Source: Selaginella moellendorffii (Eukaryota > Plantae > Lycopodiophyta). Taken from it: a stretch of DNA of 64,000 bases. The translations under genes were made by a program, and so were the position numbers. Under the pieces are notes generated by a model that saw nothing but the letters and a program-made list of their open reading frames with translations, did not search any database and had not been told where the DNA came from. Below, in pieces: positions 12,511-26,215 of this stretch. Each line of letters starts with the position of its first letter. Position 1 is the stretch's first letter. The DNA lies in the NCBI RefSeq assembly GCF_000143415.4, contig NW_003314280.1:1173663-1237662 (forward strand). Reading direction: 5' to 3'.

Positions 12511-15500
12511 CCCATCCTCTAAGGAGGGTAGTCTCTCCAACTTAGAGACTAGTTGGACCACATGTAGTGGTTCTCTCCTTTTATTGGTTTAGTTCTTGCT
12601 AAACCTCTTAGAGACCCTTCTCTAAGTCAATCCCACTATTCCTTCTCGAGTAGTCTCAATTTCCATCTATTGAACGTTTGCACCTTGGAACTTTTACTTT
12701 TTGACTTCTGGAAGTCAATTTCCTAAGTGTCTTCAACACCTTGCATTGCACCTATTGTGCAACTCCACTTCCCATCTTAGGAAGTTCTTTACTTGAGGGC
12801 ACCATCATCCTCTTTTTTATTTTGTGCCACCTTGGGCACTAAGTTCCATTTATCATACTTTGTGCTAAGGCTGTCTATGGCTCTATCATTTGGCTACTTT
12901 ACCGCTCCCTCCCTTGGAGCTTCCACTTTCGCCAAATCGGAGCAAATTGGAATCCATCCTTAGAAACACACTTCCTTTCCCGCAATTTGTTAATGTCCAA
13001 CACATTAGTGTTCCTCGCCTAACTTTGTCACTTGGATTCCTTCCAAGGGATTCCACGGCCCTCTCTTGGCCACTCATCTTTTGCTCCTATCCGTTGATTG
13101 TTGCACCAAGCAACACCGAATCTCTACCTCCCTTCTTGAGGTATTCTTTTGATTCCATAGCAAAAGCTCTGCTTTGCCAAAACTAGGGTGTTCACCCTTA
13201 GTAAGTCTCTTTAACATCTTCTGCTGTGGGTTCTATCCACGGCCCAACTTTGTGACCCTCCCATGGGTCTTTTTAGAGACTACTTTCCTTGGACACACTA
13301 TGCCATCGCAATGACATAGCTCATTTCCCTAAGGTGCTTTTCCTACTTGGTCACCTTGACCAAGCCACACCATCATCAATAGTTCAAATCAACACTTTGA
13401 ACTAGAAACCTTATTCCTTAGCCCAAACAAGGACCTTGTCCTTATTTAGCCACAAGATCACCTAGTGCTCTCACTTTGGCACCTTAACAGGTTTGCCAAT
13501 AGGTATTAGGTCTTCTAGACCTTTAACTTGTTAACTACGACCCTGGGGACATCCCCCACACTTGATGGTGCGCCCAAGCCAGCCCTTTCGGCCAAGGGTC
13601 CATAGCAACTGAGACTGGGTGTCCCCATTTCATTCACCGCGTCTTTGGTGCCACTGGCACCAAAGTGTTCAAGTTAGATATGCTGAGCCACACTAAGCAA
13701 TCTAATCGTGCATCACGACTCCGAGGCATCCCTCGCTTGGCGGTGTGCCCAAACCAGTCTCCACACTGAGAGTCCATGACCACAGAAAAATGAGTGTCCT
13801 CATATTTCAAACAATCACCATGCCCTAGTGAGTTGGGACTCGAACCCAAGCACTAAAGGGTCGGGACTCGAACCCAACCTCCGTATATGCATCTACGGAC
13901 GGCATCACCTAGGATGCCTGGCGTGACTCCCCACGCCGGTGCCCCAACTTATACTCAAAGTGTGCTATAGATCACAGCTTAGGAACCTAGTTCCTCCACA
14001 CTGCCAAGTCCTCTCACTTGACAAGTCTGTGATCATGCATGGACTCCTCCATACTTGGCCCCATGGCCCACCCTTTTTGAAGTTATCACCTTCAACTAGG
14101 GTCTTTGTTCCCCTGACTTGCCAATCTTGCTTTGGCAAATCCTCCGACCACTGTAACATGGTTTCTGCATAAGCGTGAAAGCCCTTGATTATCGACTTTC
14201 GTTCAAAGCCCTCTCTTTGAACACTCGGGAACTACTTCCCTAACCTTGATAGCCTTGCCTCATGGCAAGCTTCAAGACCACGCTTCTGCTGCGCCACTCT
14301 AGTTTCGCGCGTTCCTTGAACCATTTACGCTTGGCCTTTCTAGGTACTAAGCTACCTAAAATCATCTTTGGGAACCTTGAAGGAACTCTGTCCCTTAGCT
14401 TGCTAAGGCCTCCCTTTTTGCAAGCTTTCCAATTACCATATAGTCTAACATGGACAATTCCATATTTTAGACTCTCCATGGCATCACGGTTGCTAGTGGC
14501 AACACCCTCAAGCCCCCACTTGATTCTCCAATCCCAGCTGGCATAACCAACCTTGGTTATGCCCTTCGATTCCTATGGTTCGGTTCTACCCCCTTACTTC
14601 TTGCTTTTGGCTTCACACCTTTCCTTCGGTCATTCTCCTCCAGACCAGGAGGATAGCTTTGCACTTTCTATCATGCCTTAGCAAGTATTCTTAGGGATGA
14701 ACCTACCTAATAGCCTAAGGAGTGGTTCCTCAATCGAAGTATGCTCACCCTATAATCCCACATATTGAGATTACATTGTTGCTTATGGGCCTTTACATGC
14801 CCATCGCTAGCCTTGCTAAAATTCCATTTTTGGCTTTGTCCAATTCGAGTAGACAGTCTTCTCTTGTCTTTGCCACCTTGGACATTTGGATAACACCTTC
14901 TATCCATCATTCGCTAGGGACTTAGTCCCTTGGGCCTTATCTATTGCCCTCGTGACATCAAACACTACCTCCTGGTGTTCTAGAGTGTTCAGGTGTCCCA
15001 ATGACGACTTCCTTGACAATGAGTATTTCCTTTCATGACATTGACTTACTATATCGCAACATAAGCAACTTATCCCCCGTAAGGGTATATCCAACTTCCT
15101 TATGCCATTAAGAAGGCTTGGGTAATTACCTTCTACCCGTTTAACGAATTATTTTGCACCTCTTGCTTAGTTGCCTCATAGTTGTCAAGTCCTACAACTC
15201 ATTGCTGGTGCTTCCACACCTCCATCATTATCTGGGTCACCACACTCCAACTGCATGCTCTGCAGCTTAGGCTATGCCATTCCCATTTCCATTGGGATTC
15301 CTTTGGCAAGGTATCACACCTTGGCACATTTGGTGTCTCCACACCATCGGCTTCACGAGCCTACCTCTATGACACTTCTTTGCCAAGACCAATACCACTC
15401 TTTCTCATGCCAACCATCTGTTAGCACTGCACTATAGAGGTCACACACAACTTTGTTTCAAAGTTGTTTTCTTTTGGGAACACCCTTCCCACGACTTTAG

Positions 15501-16354
15501 CATGGCATATTTTGTCATCGATGAGATACCCTTTGTTCTCATCCTTGGATCCTATGATCCCCCCTATCCTTCATGGGGTACCACACACTTCAGTCCAAAT
15601 GCTTCCATCAGTCTTTTAGGACCATTCCTTGACTCTACTTGAGTCATCCAGCAGTTTTGGACTTGGTTAATTCACAAACCCGTAAGGTCCTACTTGTCGG
15701 GCACTAGCTCACTAGAATACACTTTTTGCATTCATATCCTCACTCACAAGGACTATTTTCACATGTGTTACTCTGACACTTGATTTTGTTCTCTGGGGCA
15801 ACCTTTGCCCCTTAGGACTACTTGTTCATGTGATGAGAATACCAACTCATCTTTAAGTACACCCCCGAACTCTTTAGGCTGTTCCAGCATTTATTAAAGG
15901 TAGCCCCGGCTACCATTTCAAGGACTTGAGTCCTCTTCCATATTTGACCTCCCACAGTCATTACTTTTGGTCTCACATTCATGAGCACCAACCTCAACTA
16001 TATGAGGATAATCTTGTGACTCCTTTATTGCTTTGGAGTCTTTATCTTTCCCGTGATCCCAACTATAGTTGTTTATCACAACTACGTTAGCCCGTTTGTT
16101 GCGTCAAACACTCATTTGGATCACATCCTCAGCTCTCTGAAGAAACCTTATACTGTTCCCAAGATCCCAAAGTCGTTCCATTATTGGCCCTTTTCTATCC
16201 ACCATATTGTGCCCAAGTTCACGCATGAACTTGAGTGGAGAGCCATGTCCTCTTGACATGCTACTCCTCAAGGATAAGCCCACTTCTAGGACCTTCCGAT
16301 GCCAACATCAATGGTGATATACTTGAGCACCAATAAAAGTCGGACTAAGGAACA

Positions 16355-16366
16355 GCTTCGATACCA
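16355..16366 (-). other. Primer-binding site of element C (tRNA-iMet-like)
   Basis: TGGTATCGAAGC, 3 nt after the 5' LTR; the canonical iMet PBS is TGGTATCAGAGC. Confidence 0.65.
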
Positions 16367-16369
16367 AAT

Positions 16370-18054
16370 TGTAAGCGACTAAATTTTCCATTCTACTTTA
16401 GTCATTTAACCACATCTTCGACCACTTAGAGGAGTCTCATTCATAACCTCCATAAGTCCAATTCAGGACTTGGGGCTTGCTAGCCCTGAAAATGGCATCC
16501 ATGCCACTCAACATTTGCACTTGGTCCAAGTGCTCCACGTGTCCAATCCCATGACCGACACTCAAAGGTACCATCGACATGGCAGCTTGTCACGCTAAGG
16601 CCACGCCCAATCACCTTTGCCACACTGGTAGTCCAATACCACATGCACCCCAGTCTTGGCTCTCCAACTAGGCAAGCCATCCGTGAGTGGTCATCTCAGA
16701 TCCACTCCTTAGCATCCTTAGGATGCCCACCGACAAGGGGAATAGCCTTCCCCAATATCCCTTTGTCAGTCCCCACTAAGTCCCTTTCTGCCCCTTGCCG
16801 TGTTTGCCAACACTGCCACTGGATCGAGGCCCACAGGCCCGACCACTAAGTCCCATGGTCCTCTAGGACTTCCTCACCATACGACTGTGTCCTTGGTCAC
16901 TACCCCAGAGGACTGCTCCTCTTCCTTTCCATAGTCTGGGCCTTTGGGGACAACATTTCGGAACACCGTGGCCTTACGCGAGCCATCTGGGTACTCTCCC
17001 CACCTTCCGCCCTTGGGTGCTCTAGCCATGGGCTTAGAGCGAGGTTCCGTTGAGCCACGCCTGGTATCCAAGTAAGTAGTGCCACCCACACTTGGACTAG
17101 GAGCATCGGCTAGTCGATCTCCTGGGGGAACTAAAGCCGGCTCTTGAACACTTCACCAAGCTACCCCGCTTGTCAGTCCGTGTTCACTCTAGTCTTGGAC
17201 TTCTTAGTGGTTAGCTCATCTCTCAACACTGGGTTTGGCCTTCCTGGGCCAAACTAGCCTTTCCTGGCCAAACTGGCTCCGTTGGGCTCCAACCCCCACT
17301 CTCTCCCTACTATACTTTTGGAACCCCCCGCAACCCCCCCCCCCCCCAGGGGGGACGATCGCTTTGGGCTTTCACCCAATTGCCTGTATTAGTATTTGGA
17401 CTCGGACTCGGACTTGGTCTCGGTCCCGGATTCGGACTTGGACTCAGTCTCGGTCTCGGTCTTGTTCTCGGTCCCGGTCTCGGTTCCATCTCGGACTCCA
17501 TCTCGGACACCATCTTGGGTCCATCTTGGACTCCATCTCGGGTCCATCTCAAACTCCATCTCGGGTCCATCTCGGACTCCATCTCGGACTCCACTTCGGG
17601 TCCATCTCGGATCCATCTCGGACTCTATATCGGATTCCATCTTGGACTCCATTTCGGGTCCATCTCGGATCCATCTCGGACTCCATCTCGGACTCCACTT
17701 TGGGTCCATCTCGGAGTCCATCTCGGACTCCATATCGGACTCCACTTCGGGTCCATCTTGGACTCCACTTCGGGTCCATCTTGGACTCCAACTCAGGTCC
17801 ACCTCGGACTCCATCTCAGACACTTCCATGTGTCATATGTTGGTCCTTTTTGGGTCCCTTTTTGGAGCCTTGCTTATTGCTTGCTTCGTGCTCGTTCCTT
17901 GAGCAATTTGTTGGGAGTTCCACTCCCGCTCTCGACCTTCCAAGTCAGAGCTTTTAGTCCAAACGTGTTGCACTCGTTTGGCTTTCGCTTCGGCCACTAC
18001 CACGTAGCACCCTTTCCGGCTCCACTTTGGGGCCTAGGGATTTTGTGTCTCACA
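16370..18054 (-). repeat. 5' LTR of element C (1685 bp)
   Basis: Near-identical to 10766-12274, with a longer minisatellite (~17397-17820). Confidence 0.9.
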
Positions 18055-21000
18055 TATTGCACATGCACAATTTCGAAAGGATTAGCCTATTGGACATTAT
18101 GCCAAACCTTATCAAATTGTGATCCAACTTGCCACAATATTCAATACTAAGCAAGGAACCCTTTAGTCAAACCATATACCATAAGATTGGGAAAATGAAT
18201 TAACACTAAATCATCCACTTTGTACTTTGTAGGTGGACAATGATGGGAGTTGTAGTGTTATTCTTGTCCCATGTGTTCAGTAGACTCTATTTAGATAAGT
18301 GGAAAAATGTTTATCAAATACTAATCTTAAGACTTAACATTGGCAGTCGTGGCAATCACAAATGCAAACTTAATTTTGTTGGTAATACTGGATCATGATT
18401 ATATAAAAGTTTATATGGTGAAGCATTAACAAAACTTTGCACCCTATGACATATGCATACTGAAAAGATAGGATATAAACATCCCAATCTAAATGTTGAA
18501 ATTTTATATACTTCTCAATCATCCCTTTGAAGGTCTGAACAAATCATTCTAACAAGCCATCTGATTGTGGATAATAAACATTTGTGAAAGTGTTGCATAT
18601 CTAAAACACCACTAATTGAGGAGGAAGTATCTAACAATAGTTGTAGACACATTAGCAAGAGCACCAATTTCCACCTAATGAGTCAAGTAGTCAAAAGCAA
18701 TAATGACATTCATTGCTAATAATCGACCGTGGAAAAGGCCCTATCAAATCAAATACCATTAACTCAAACAGATGGGAAAATGCAATTAATTTCAACCATC
18801 CTTTCGCAACACAAGGGGGAGTATTATGAACTTGGCACCAATTGCAGCTATGCATATACTAGATAATATCATGTCATATCTCAAACTTATAAAAAGAATT
18901 GCATAGCTTTTCAGTCACATGATAATGTCCTATATACCCATATAAAATAGGAGAATCATGATAGGTATGGAAAAAGCATAGAATAAAGATTGAAAGCACC
19001 ACAAACCATAAATGATCATTAGGATTCGTCCCTATAAAATAAAGAAGATTAGCTTCAAGATGATATCAAGAATATAAATGCCAAAATAGCAAGTCATCAT
19101 CATCTAATGTAGAATTCTTAAATCTATTGTGAAGCCTTTGGATCCACAGCTTAACCTTTTGATCTTTATAAACTTTATTAAAAGAAGATAAATTTTGCTT
19201 TGCACTTTGTAGACATTAAATGTCAAGTACAACAACTACCGATGGCATGAAATCCTTGTTAAAAAATCCATAGATGCTAGAATAATAAACTTATCAGAAA
19301 CATGAGAAGAGAGTGAAGAAGGAAAAGGATTTCAAAAAAGGATATCAATATTAACCATAAATCTCCCTGTGCAATGAACAATATCAAAATTATATATCTG
19401 AAGCTTCAAAGCCCACCAAATAGTATGACTAACTAAGTTCTTCAACTTTAATAATGAAGTAAGTGTAGAATGATCACCTTCTTGTAATGTCTGAGAACCA
19501 TGTAGATATGTATGAAGTTATTGAAACTTCAAGCTACTACTAAACACTTATTTTTTATCGTGGAGTAGTTCACCTCTATTGGTTGTAATATATAAATGAT
19601 ATATACAATAATATGGTGCTGACTAAGCACACTTGGGCTCTTTTGCATTAATACACCTCCAAAATCGATATCAGAAGAATCTACGTGCAAAATGAAAAGT
19701 CGAGTGTAGTTAAGATATGGCAAAATTGGAGGAGTTATCAATAACTCTTTGAGATCCATAAATACCTGCTCACAGTTTGTAGACAAAATGAAAGATGACA
19801 TTGACGACTTTAGCAATGCTTGCAATGGTGCAATGCAATCAAAAAGATGATCAACAAAAAAACTGAGATATTACACCTTGCCTAGGAAATGTTGCACATT
19901 ATTCACACACTTTGAGTGAGGAACTTTAAAGTAGCCACAAGTTTGTCTGGATCAACTTGGAAACCCTTACAAGAAATATGGTACCCAAGATAAGTCATGT
20001 CCTTGGACCCAAATATTCACTTTGATTATTTCAATTTTAAACCAACTTCTCATAGTTGATCCAACACCTTATGAATATCATAAATATGTTCCTCCCAAAG
20101 TGGATCAAAATATCATTGATGAAGTCTGAAACTTACTAAATATGAAATAGTGCTAGATTGTGAATTTGGGCATAAGACAAACATTATTGTGTTCAAAACA
20201 ATCTCTACATTCCATAAATATGCCAGACAAGCATAGTGCAAGACAAAGCAAAAGAGAATTAAAAGTCAGGCCAAGTATGCTCAGCAAGAAACACATAGGA
20301 GTTCTTACTTTATGTTCATTTGACTAAGTAATTTACTAACACTTGAACAAAAAGGGTTAAAAACAAAATTAGCAATACCAACCTTTTATCATTGTGGCAA
20401 TAAAGAAAGAATATCTAAAAGGACTTACTGACAAGTAACTTTTGATACCTACAATCACATTCATAACAAGAAGTTTCAAAGTGTTTGGCATGATTATGTT
20501 ACAATCAATCCATACTAAGGATAAGTTCAAAAACTTAACTTGACATTACTTGCAATGACTGTAACTCAAGCTTGAAATCTCCCACATGCACAACCAAGTT
20601 CGCTTTATCCCATGCACATATATATATAGTCGTTGCTATAAAGAATGGAAACTGACTCTGTTGTATGATGCAAATGTAGACGGCAATGTATGGCAATAAA
20701 CTAAGCAATAGAAAATAAACTCAAGCTTGTATCAACCAACACGGAGAGAAGAATAAAGGACCCTTTATTATAAAAATGAGTTTGGAAAGTAAACACTAGA
20801 TGAATTGATACTAAGTAAACTATTTGATAATGCTCCCAAAAGAAAGATGAAGGGGTTATTAACTTATTTGCACAAGGTCCCTTCATTACTCGTGCAACTC
20901 CTTGTTTCGCAAAAGCATTTTGGTATTTAGACTTTCCATTGTAACAACACTAATAGGACATTGTTAACGCCAAAGTCTTCACCTAAAAAATAAAAGTCAC

Positions 21001-21906
21001 AAATTTGGAAAACACTAACAACATTGATAAGTGTAACCAACCTTATCATACATCCAACAACGGACATCACAACTATGACCACATCTTCACTCGTGTCTTT
21101 GAACTCGGGCAACAATAGCATCAACATCCATTGGAACAAGACTATCTTCCACAGGAAGTAGAGCTAAAAAATGTGTAATGAGAAGTGGAAAAGATAATGT
21201 ATCATAATGTTATGCTAAATAAAGAGTATCATTAAGGGTTGCTAGAGCAAATGCATGTATAAATCTTATAAGATCTTTATGAAGTCACAACATTCCCAAC
21301 TTGATCATCTCCGATATATTTGGTGTTTTATAGATTTAATTTAATTTCCAAGTTTAAAAATTACATAAGCACTACCAATTTATTATGTATAAAAACACCA
21401 ATGTAGTTATTAGTTTTGGTAACTAAAACTATTGTAACAAGATAAAATTATTAACTGTCATGTAAAAATCATGAATATTATTTACTTTATATGTACACTT
21501 CTAATTTTTCCCTTCTTAATTAAAATTTTGGCATAATTACTTAAATAAACAGAAAATATTGTCAAATTTTTTAGATATGTGAAATAATGTATGGACAAAT
21601 TGTTTACATGTGAAATAATATATCCTCACCTGTAAATTAGGACATATGGATGAAACTTTTGAGAATTTCAAATATACTGCTATCACTCAATTATCATTAA
21701 CAAACTTTTCATTTATCTTTATGGTCTGAATCCTAACTTTGCATCTTTATGGTGTGGTTTCCAAAAGGTGTTTCTCAATCCTCACCTCCCAGCAGGAAAT
21801 TATAAATTTCCCCAATATATGTTGCCATCCAAGAGGTTAGGCTTTTTACAAAGCTTTTGAAAGAGGTTTAGGGTTTATAGGTACTTAAAGCATCTTCAAG
21901 TATATA

Positions 21907-23863
21907 CTAAACTTTTCCCGCGCTAGCTGAGTCGTCTTCCTCCTCGCGCAGGCTCTTGTAGCGGTACCAGTGCGCCAGCGGCAAATAGATAAGGATGTCG
22001 ATCGCGCTGAGAACCGCTAGCAGCCAGAAGAAGTAATCCATGTGCCCCTGGTTGAGATTGTCTGCGATCCATCCGGGGTTGCCATTCCTCTGCGATATGC
22101 GCATCACGATCGTCACCAGCAGGCTGCTGAGGTAGCTCCCCAGCGCGTTGGTCGTGAGCGACAGGGCGGCGGCCAGGCTCTGCATCCCGTCCGGCGACTG
22201 CTGGTAGAAGAACTCGATCTGGCCGATGAAAGTGAACACCTCCGAGGCGCCGATGAGAAAGTACTGCGGGACTTGCCAGAAGATGCTCATCTGCCTCCTC
22301 ACCAGCACCGGATCGTCGCTCACGGCGTCGGGATCCATCAGCCCCCTGCTCCGAGCGATCTCCAGGCGCTTTATCTCCACCAGCGCAGCGATGATCATCG
22401 AGAAGGTTGAGATGATCAGACCGATTCCCATCCTCTGGAGCTGCGTGAACCCCTGTGGATGCTTGGTGTAGCGGCGGACGAGCGGCACCAGGAGGCGGTC
22501 GTAGAGAGGGACCCAAAGGATGACGCTCAAGGTGTCGAAGATGGAGAGCGAGGCCGGCGGGATCTTGAAGTTGCTCGAGCCGACGTAAGTGTTCATCACC
22601 CCGCCTTGCTCCACGAACAATGTTGACATCTGGGAGTAGACGGTTGCGAAGACGATGCTGGTAGCCCAGATTGGCAGCAGCCGGGCGAGCATCTTCACCT
22701 CCTCGACTCGAGTGACAGTGCTAAGCAGCCATGGTGACGGTGATACTTCGGCGCTCGCCCTGTCTTTCACAGCAGCTTTGTCCAGAAACCTTTGAGAAAA
22801 GTCAGTGTGAAAAAATAATAAATCGGAATACATGATAACTCTTACCGAAAGTTGGGAGAGTGTGCTAGCTTCCTCGTCTCCGAGTCGTTGTCCTCGTGAA
22901 GCAAGGATTTGTCTTCAGGAACTTGGACTCTCCACTTCCGCCCGGCGGCAAGAAGCACTTGGGCGACTCGTGTGAGCGGACTCATCCCTGGAGGCTGGTG
23001 CCTGTACAGCCTGGTTCCCGAGAAAAAGGAGCATATCGCTATCGCCATTGCCGCCGTCGGGATGCCAAAGCCCCATGCCCAGCTCACTTGGTCTTGGATG
23101 TAAACCAGAATGCTGCTCGACACGAGAGCGCCGATGTTGATGGAGAAGTAAAACCAGTTGAAAAACGATGTCATCTGTTTCTTCTCCGCCGGATTCTTGT
23201 CGTCAAACTGGTCCGCTCCAAACGACGAGACGCACGGCTTGATTCCACCCGTCCCGAGCGCTATGAGATATAGTGAGCTGTAGAAGACTGCGAGCTGGCC
23301 CAGAGTTGCCGATGAGCATGACTGTTCGTGACAAGTTGGTCGTAGAGACGGTAGTGACGCTGAAAGAGTGAGAAGTAGCATTCCCTTGCACAATCCGAAA
23401 GTCACTTCATAAGCTAGCTTGATAGCAATCTTACCAGGAAGTATACGCAAGAGAAAGCAGCGATCGTCCAGTATCTTCCAATGTAGGAGTCCGCGATAAA
23501 GGCGCCAATGAGCGGCGTGATGTAGCAAGTTCCCGACCAGTTGTTGACATTGGTAGCAGCGGTTGCATTGTTCTGGTTGAGCTTCTTGGTCATGTACACC
23601 ACCAGGTTAGTGCTGATGCCATAGTATGCCAGCCTCTCGCAGCATTCATTGCCTGAAGAAACGTTAACACACAAACTTGAATCGAAAAAAAGAGCTCACC
23701 AAGTATGAATGGACAAGCTTTCCAGCCGCCAGTCTTCCTTTTCTCCGCACCCTTAAGGGATGAAAGGGAATCCTTTCTCTACAACACAAGATTAGAAGCA
23801 TTAGCCAGTGAAAGCAACGAGTACCTGGAGCGCCGGCGCCTCCACGCTCTCGGGAGCTTCCAT
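21907..23863 (-). CDS. NRT1/PTR family (NPF8-like) peptide/nitrate transporter 1, multi-exon
   Basis: [80 protein letters not shown]. Start MEAPES at 23863. Confidence 0.93.
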
Positions 23864-24147
23864 GAGAACAATAACACACTTTTTAGCAAAGCCTAGAAAT
23901 CTTATTTTAAGGGTTCTAAAACCAGTTTCGGTGCACCTGCAAATAACTTTGAAAACCACGTAGCATAATTGCATCAAACACAAAAAAAAGAAAAGCTTGC
24001 CAGTCACATTCGCGTCGCGTGATTGAACGAACTTGTTAACAGTCGTTTTCTTTGACAGCAAAGCGGGGAAAATGCCGCAAAGCGATTTAGACATAAAGTA
24101 TCCTAGCCGTATCCGCGATCACTGCTCACAAAACAGACTGTTAGTAT

Positions 24148-25824
24148 TTATATGAACCGAGAAAGCTCACCGCACTTTGTTTGCTCCCCGTTTACTTGTT
24201 CAAGAGCTTTCGTTCGTACGTTGTGTGGAATAACAGACAAGCTGCTCAACCGTGCGCCTCCTTCTGTGCACCACGACTTCTGTCTCCTGAACTTTCGCAA
24301 AGGGTTCACAGTCCAAAACCAACTCAGTCTCATGGTAAGGAAGGAGAGAATCGAGCGGCAGAAAGCGAAGCAGTCGTCTTCGGTATCAGGTGATTTTTTC
24401 TCGATAAAACCATCTTCCACCATGAGTTTGCTGATAGACTTCCCTTCGCGAGGTAGGAACTTGGTCTGGAAAAAACACACATTATACACACAGAACGGAT
24501 ACGCTTCAGATAGTTCTCTTACCTCTACGGTTGAGAGATCGACCCCTCTGGTGCTTAACTCATTGAGCAAACTGTTGAATTCTTCTTGCGTAGGAAGGTA
24601 GTGGCCGCTGTAACCCTCGATAGACTGATATAAACAGATGGTCATAGATAGATTTATGCATAGCAGAGCTTGAGTACCTTTAAAACTCCATCTGTGGCTC
24701 TCAGACGTCCGGCTGCTTTTACCGCTCCTCCGGCTAAAAAGCTCGAGTGCTGGAATTTTCCTCTTACCTTCTGTAAAGAAGAAATACAAAAGTGCAACTT
24801 ACAAGAGCTTGCTTAAGAAAACCTCTTACCCGTCCAACGTAAAGCTTCCCATTCGTATCCATTACGAAAATCCACTTGTCGCGTCCTTCGTCCGTATCAA
24901 GAGGTTTCCCACAGCTGGTGTATATCAATCTCCCGTCTTGAATCGTCACCTCGTACTCTTTCCTTTTTTTCTGTTGGTTTCATCAGTCTCAAGCGCCAAA
25001 GAATTGGAAAATTGCCATACATACTGGACTCAAGTAGCAAATTTGTTCTTTCATGAGAACTGTTCTAGGACACTCCTCAAGGTCCAGGTATCTCCCTTCC
25101 CCGGCATCTAGCCTGTACCGAAGCAACTTAGCATAAAGCTTTGTCAACTACAAAAACAAACGCAGCACCAGGTAAAAAAACGCTCCTTCGTCCCACTTCT
25201 TTCCCAGGCGTTGAAGTAGAAACGCAGATTGTGTCCATAACGGTGCTTCACATCAATCTGCGCAGAAACATCAGAAACTGACGATGGCGAGTGTGATCAA
25301 TCCACAGCTGACTTACAGCTTCCAGCCAGTGTTGAAACGCGAGCTTCTTGGCCTTCTCGTCCTGGAAAAGTCCTCTTCCCACCTGCAGATCGCCCAGCTT
25401 TCTTGAAAAAACCGAAAACACTCGATGTTTGGATCGACCTTGGCGGCCTCTCTTCCAGCACGGATCCACCGGTGAGGAGGATCATCTTGCGCTGTCTTCT
25501 TCGATAGGACGACGCCATTCACAACGTTCCACCTAATTGACAAGATGTGAGAAAAGAGAGAATGGAAGAAAAAGAAAGAGCTATACCATCCATAGTCTTT
25601 GGCTAGGCACGCGCAGTCCGCGAGCTGGCGCCTGGTTCTGTAGCCACGATACATCTTTTGCATCGCGATGGCGGCATCGTCCTGAGGTTTCTCTGCCAAG
25701 ACAGAGAGCACAAGCTAAAACTCGAAATTTCTTTGCGGATGATCGATCGGTTAAGAAACACCGCACCGCAGCTCACAGCGGCGCTCTTTCGAACCGGAGC
25801 GCCTTCTAGCGCCGAGCAATCCAT
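24148..25824 (-). CDS. IQ-motif calmodulin-binding protein, IQM family, multi-exon
   Basis: [62 protein letters not shown]. Confidence 0.85.
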
Positions 25825-26215
25825 CCTAAAATTCGTCGATCTGCAAGGAAAATGCCGCTAAGCTTAGCGCAAGGGAGTCAAAGCAGCAAAGCAAGACCGA
25901 TCGAAGCTTATCCACACCTGCGCGCGTGGCAGCGATCCAATCTCTCGAGCTTCCGCTCGCCCAAGCTCGCGCAACCCTAAACGAGACGCGCGCTCTCTCC
26001 TTTTTCCCCTTGGCTCTTCCGGACATCGCCGTACGACTAGATCTATCGCCTTTGCCAGGAAATTGCCTCGAAGCTCGTCCTCCTTCCTTCTCGTTTAAAG
26101 TATGAGTATTTTTTGTTGGCTCGTGCAAGACTTTGACCGGATCCCCTCGTTGACTAAAGCTTGACTTTCACTTTACACAGTCAAGCTTTCCTTTTACTTA
26201 GTCGCCAATCTTCTT

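Larger units (their letters stand above)
10766..18054 (-). mobile_element. Nested LTR retrotransposon (element C), apparently non-autonomous
   Basis: Direct repeats 10766-12274 and 16370-18054 with TG...CA ends. 5-bp TSD TATTG at 10761-10765 and 18055-18059. PBS-like TGGTATCGAAGC on the minus strand at 16355-16366; PPT GGGTGGTGGAGT at 12275-12286. No RT/integrase motifs recognised in the 4.1-kb interior. Confidence 0.9.
10450..21310 (-). mobile_element. Decayed Ty3/gypsy retrotransposon of the same family (copy B), inverted and interrupted by element C
   Basis: 3' LTR 10450-10617 and PPT ~10618-10632 mirror copy A. RNase H remnant at 19529-19825 (LITPPILPY...FILHVDSS...GGVLMQ...NYST). Gag/protease region 20500-21300 is homologous to 7050-7870. 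Sequence is continuous across the element C insertion. 5' LTR not seen. Confidence 0.8.

Noticed and set aside
13833-13877. tRNA gene
   Set aside because: Only T-arm-like hairpins; no acceptor stem, D-arm or anticodon arm could be built.
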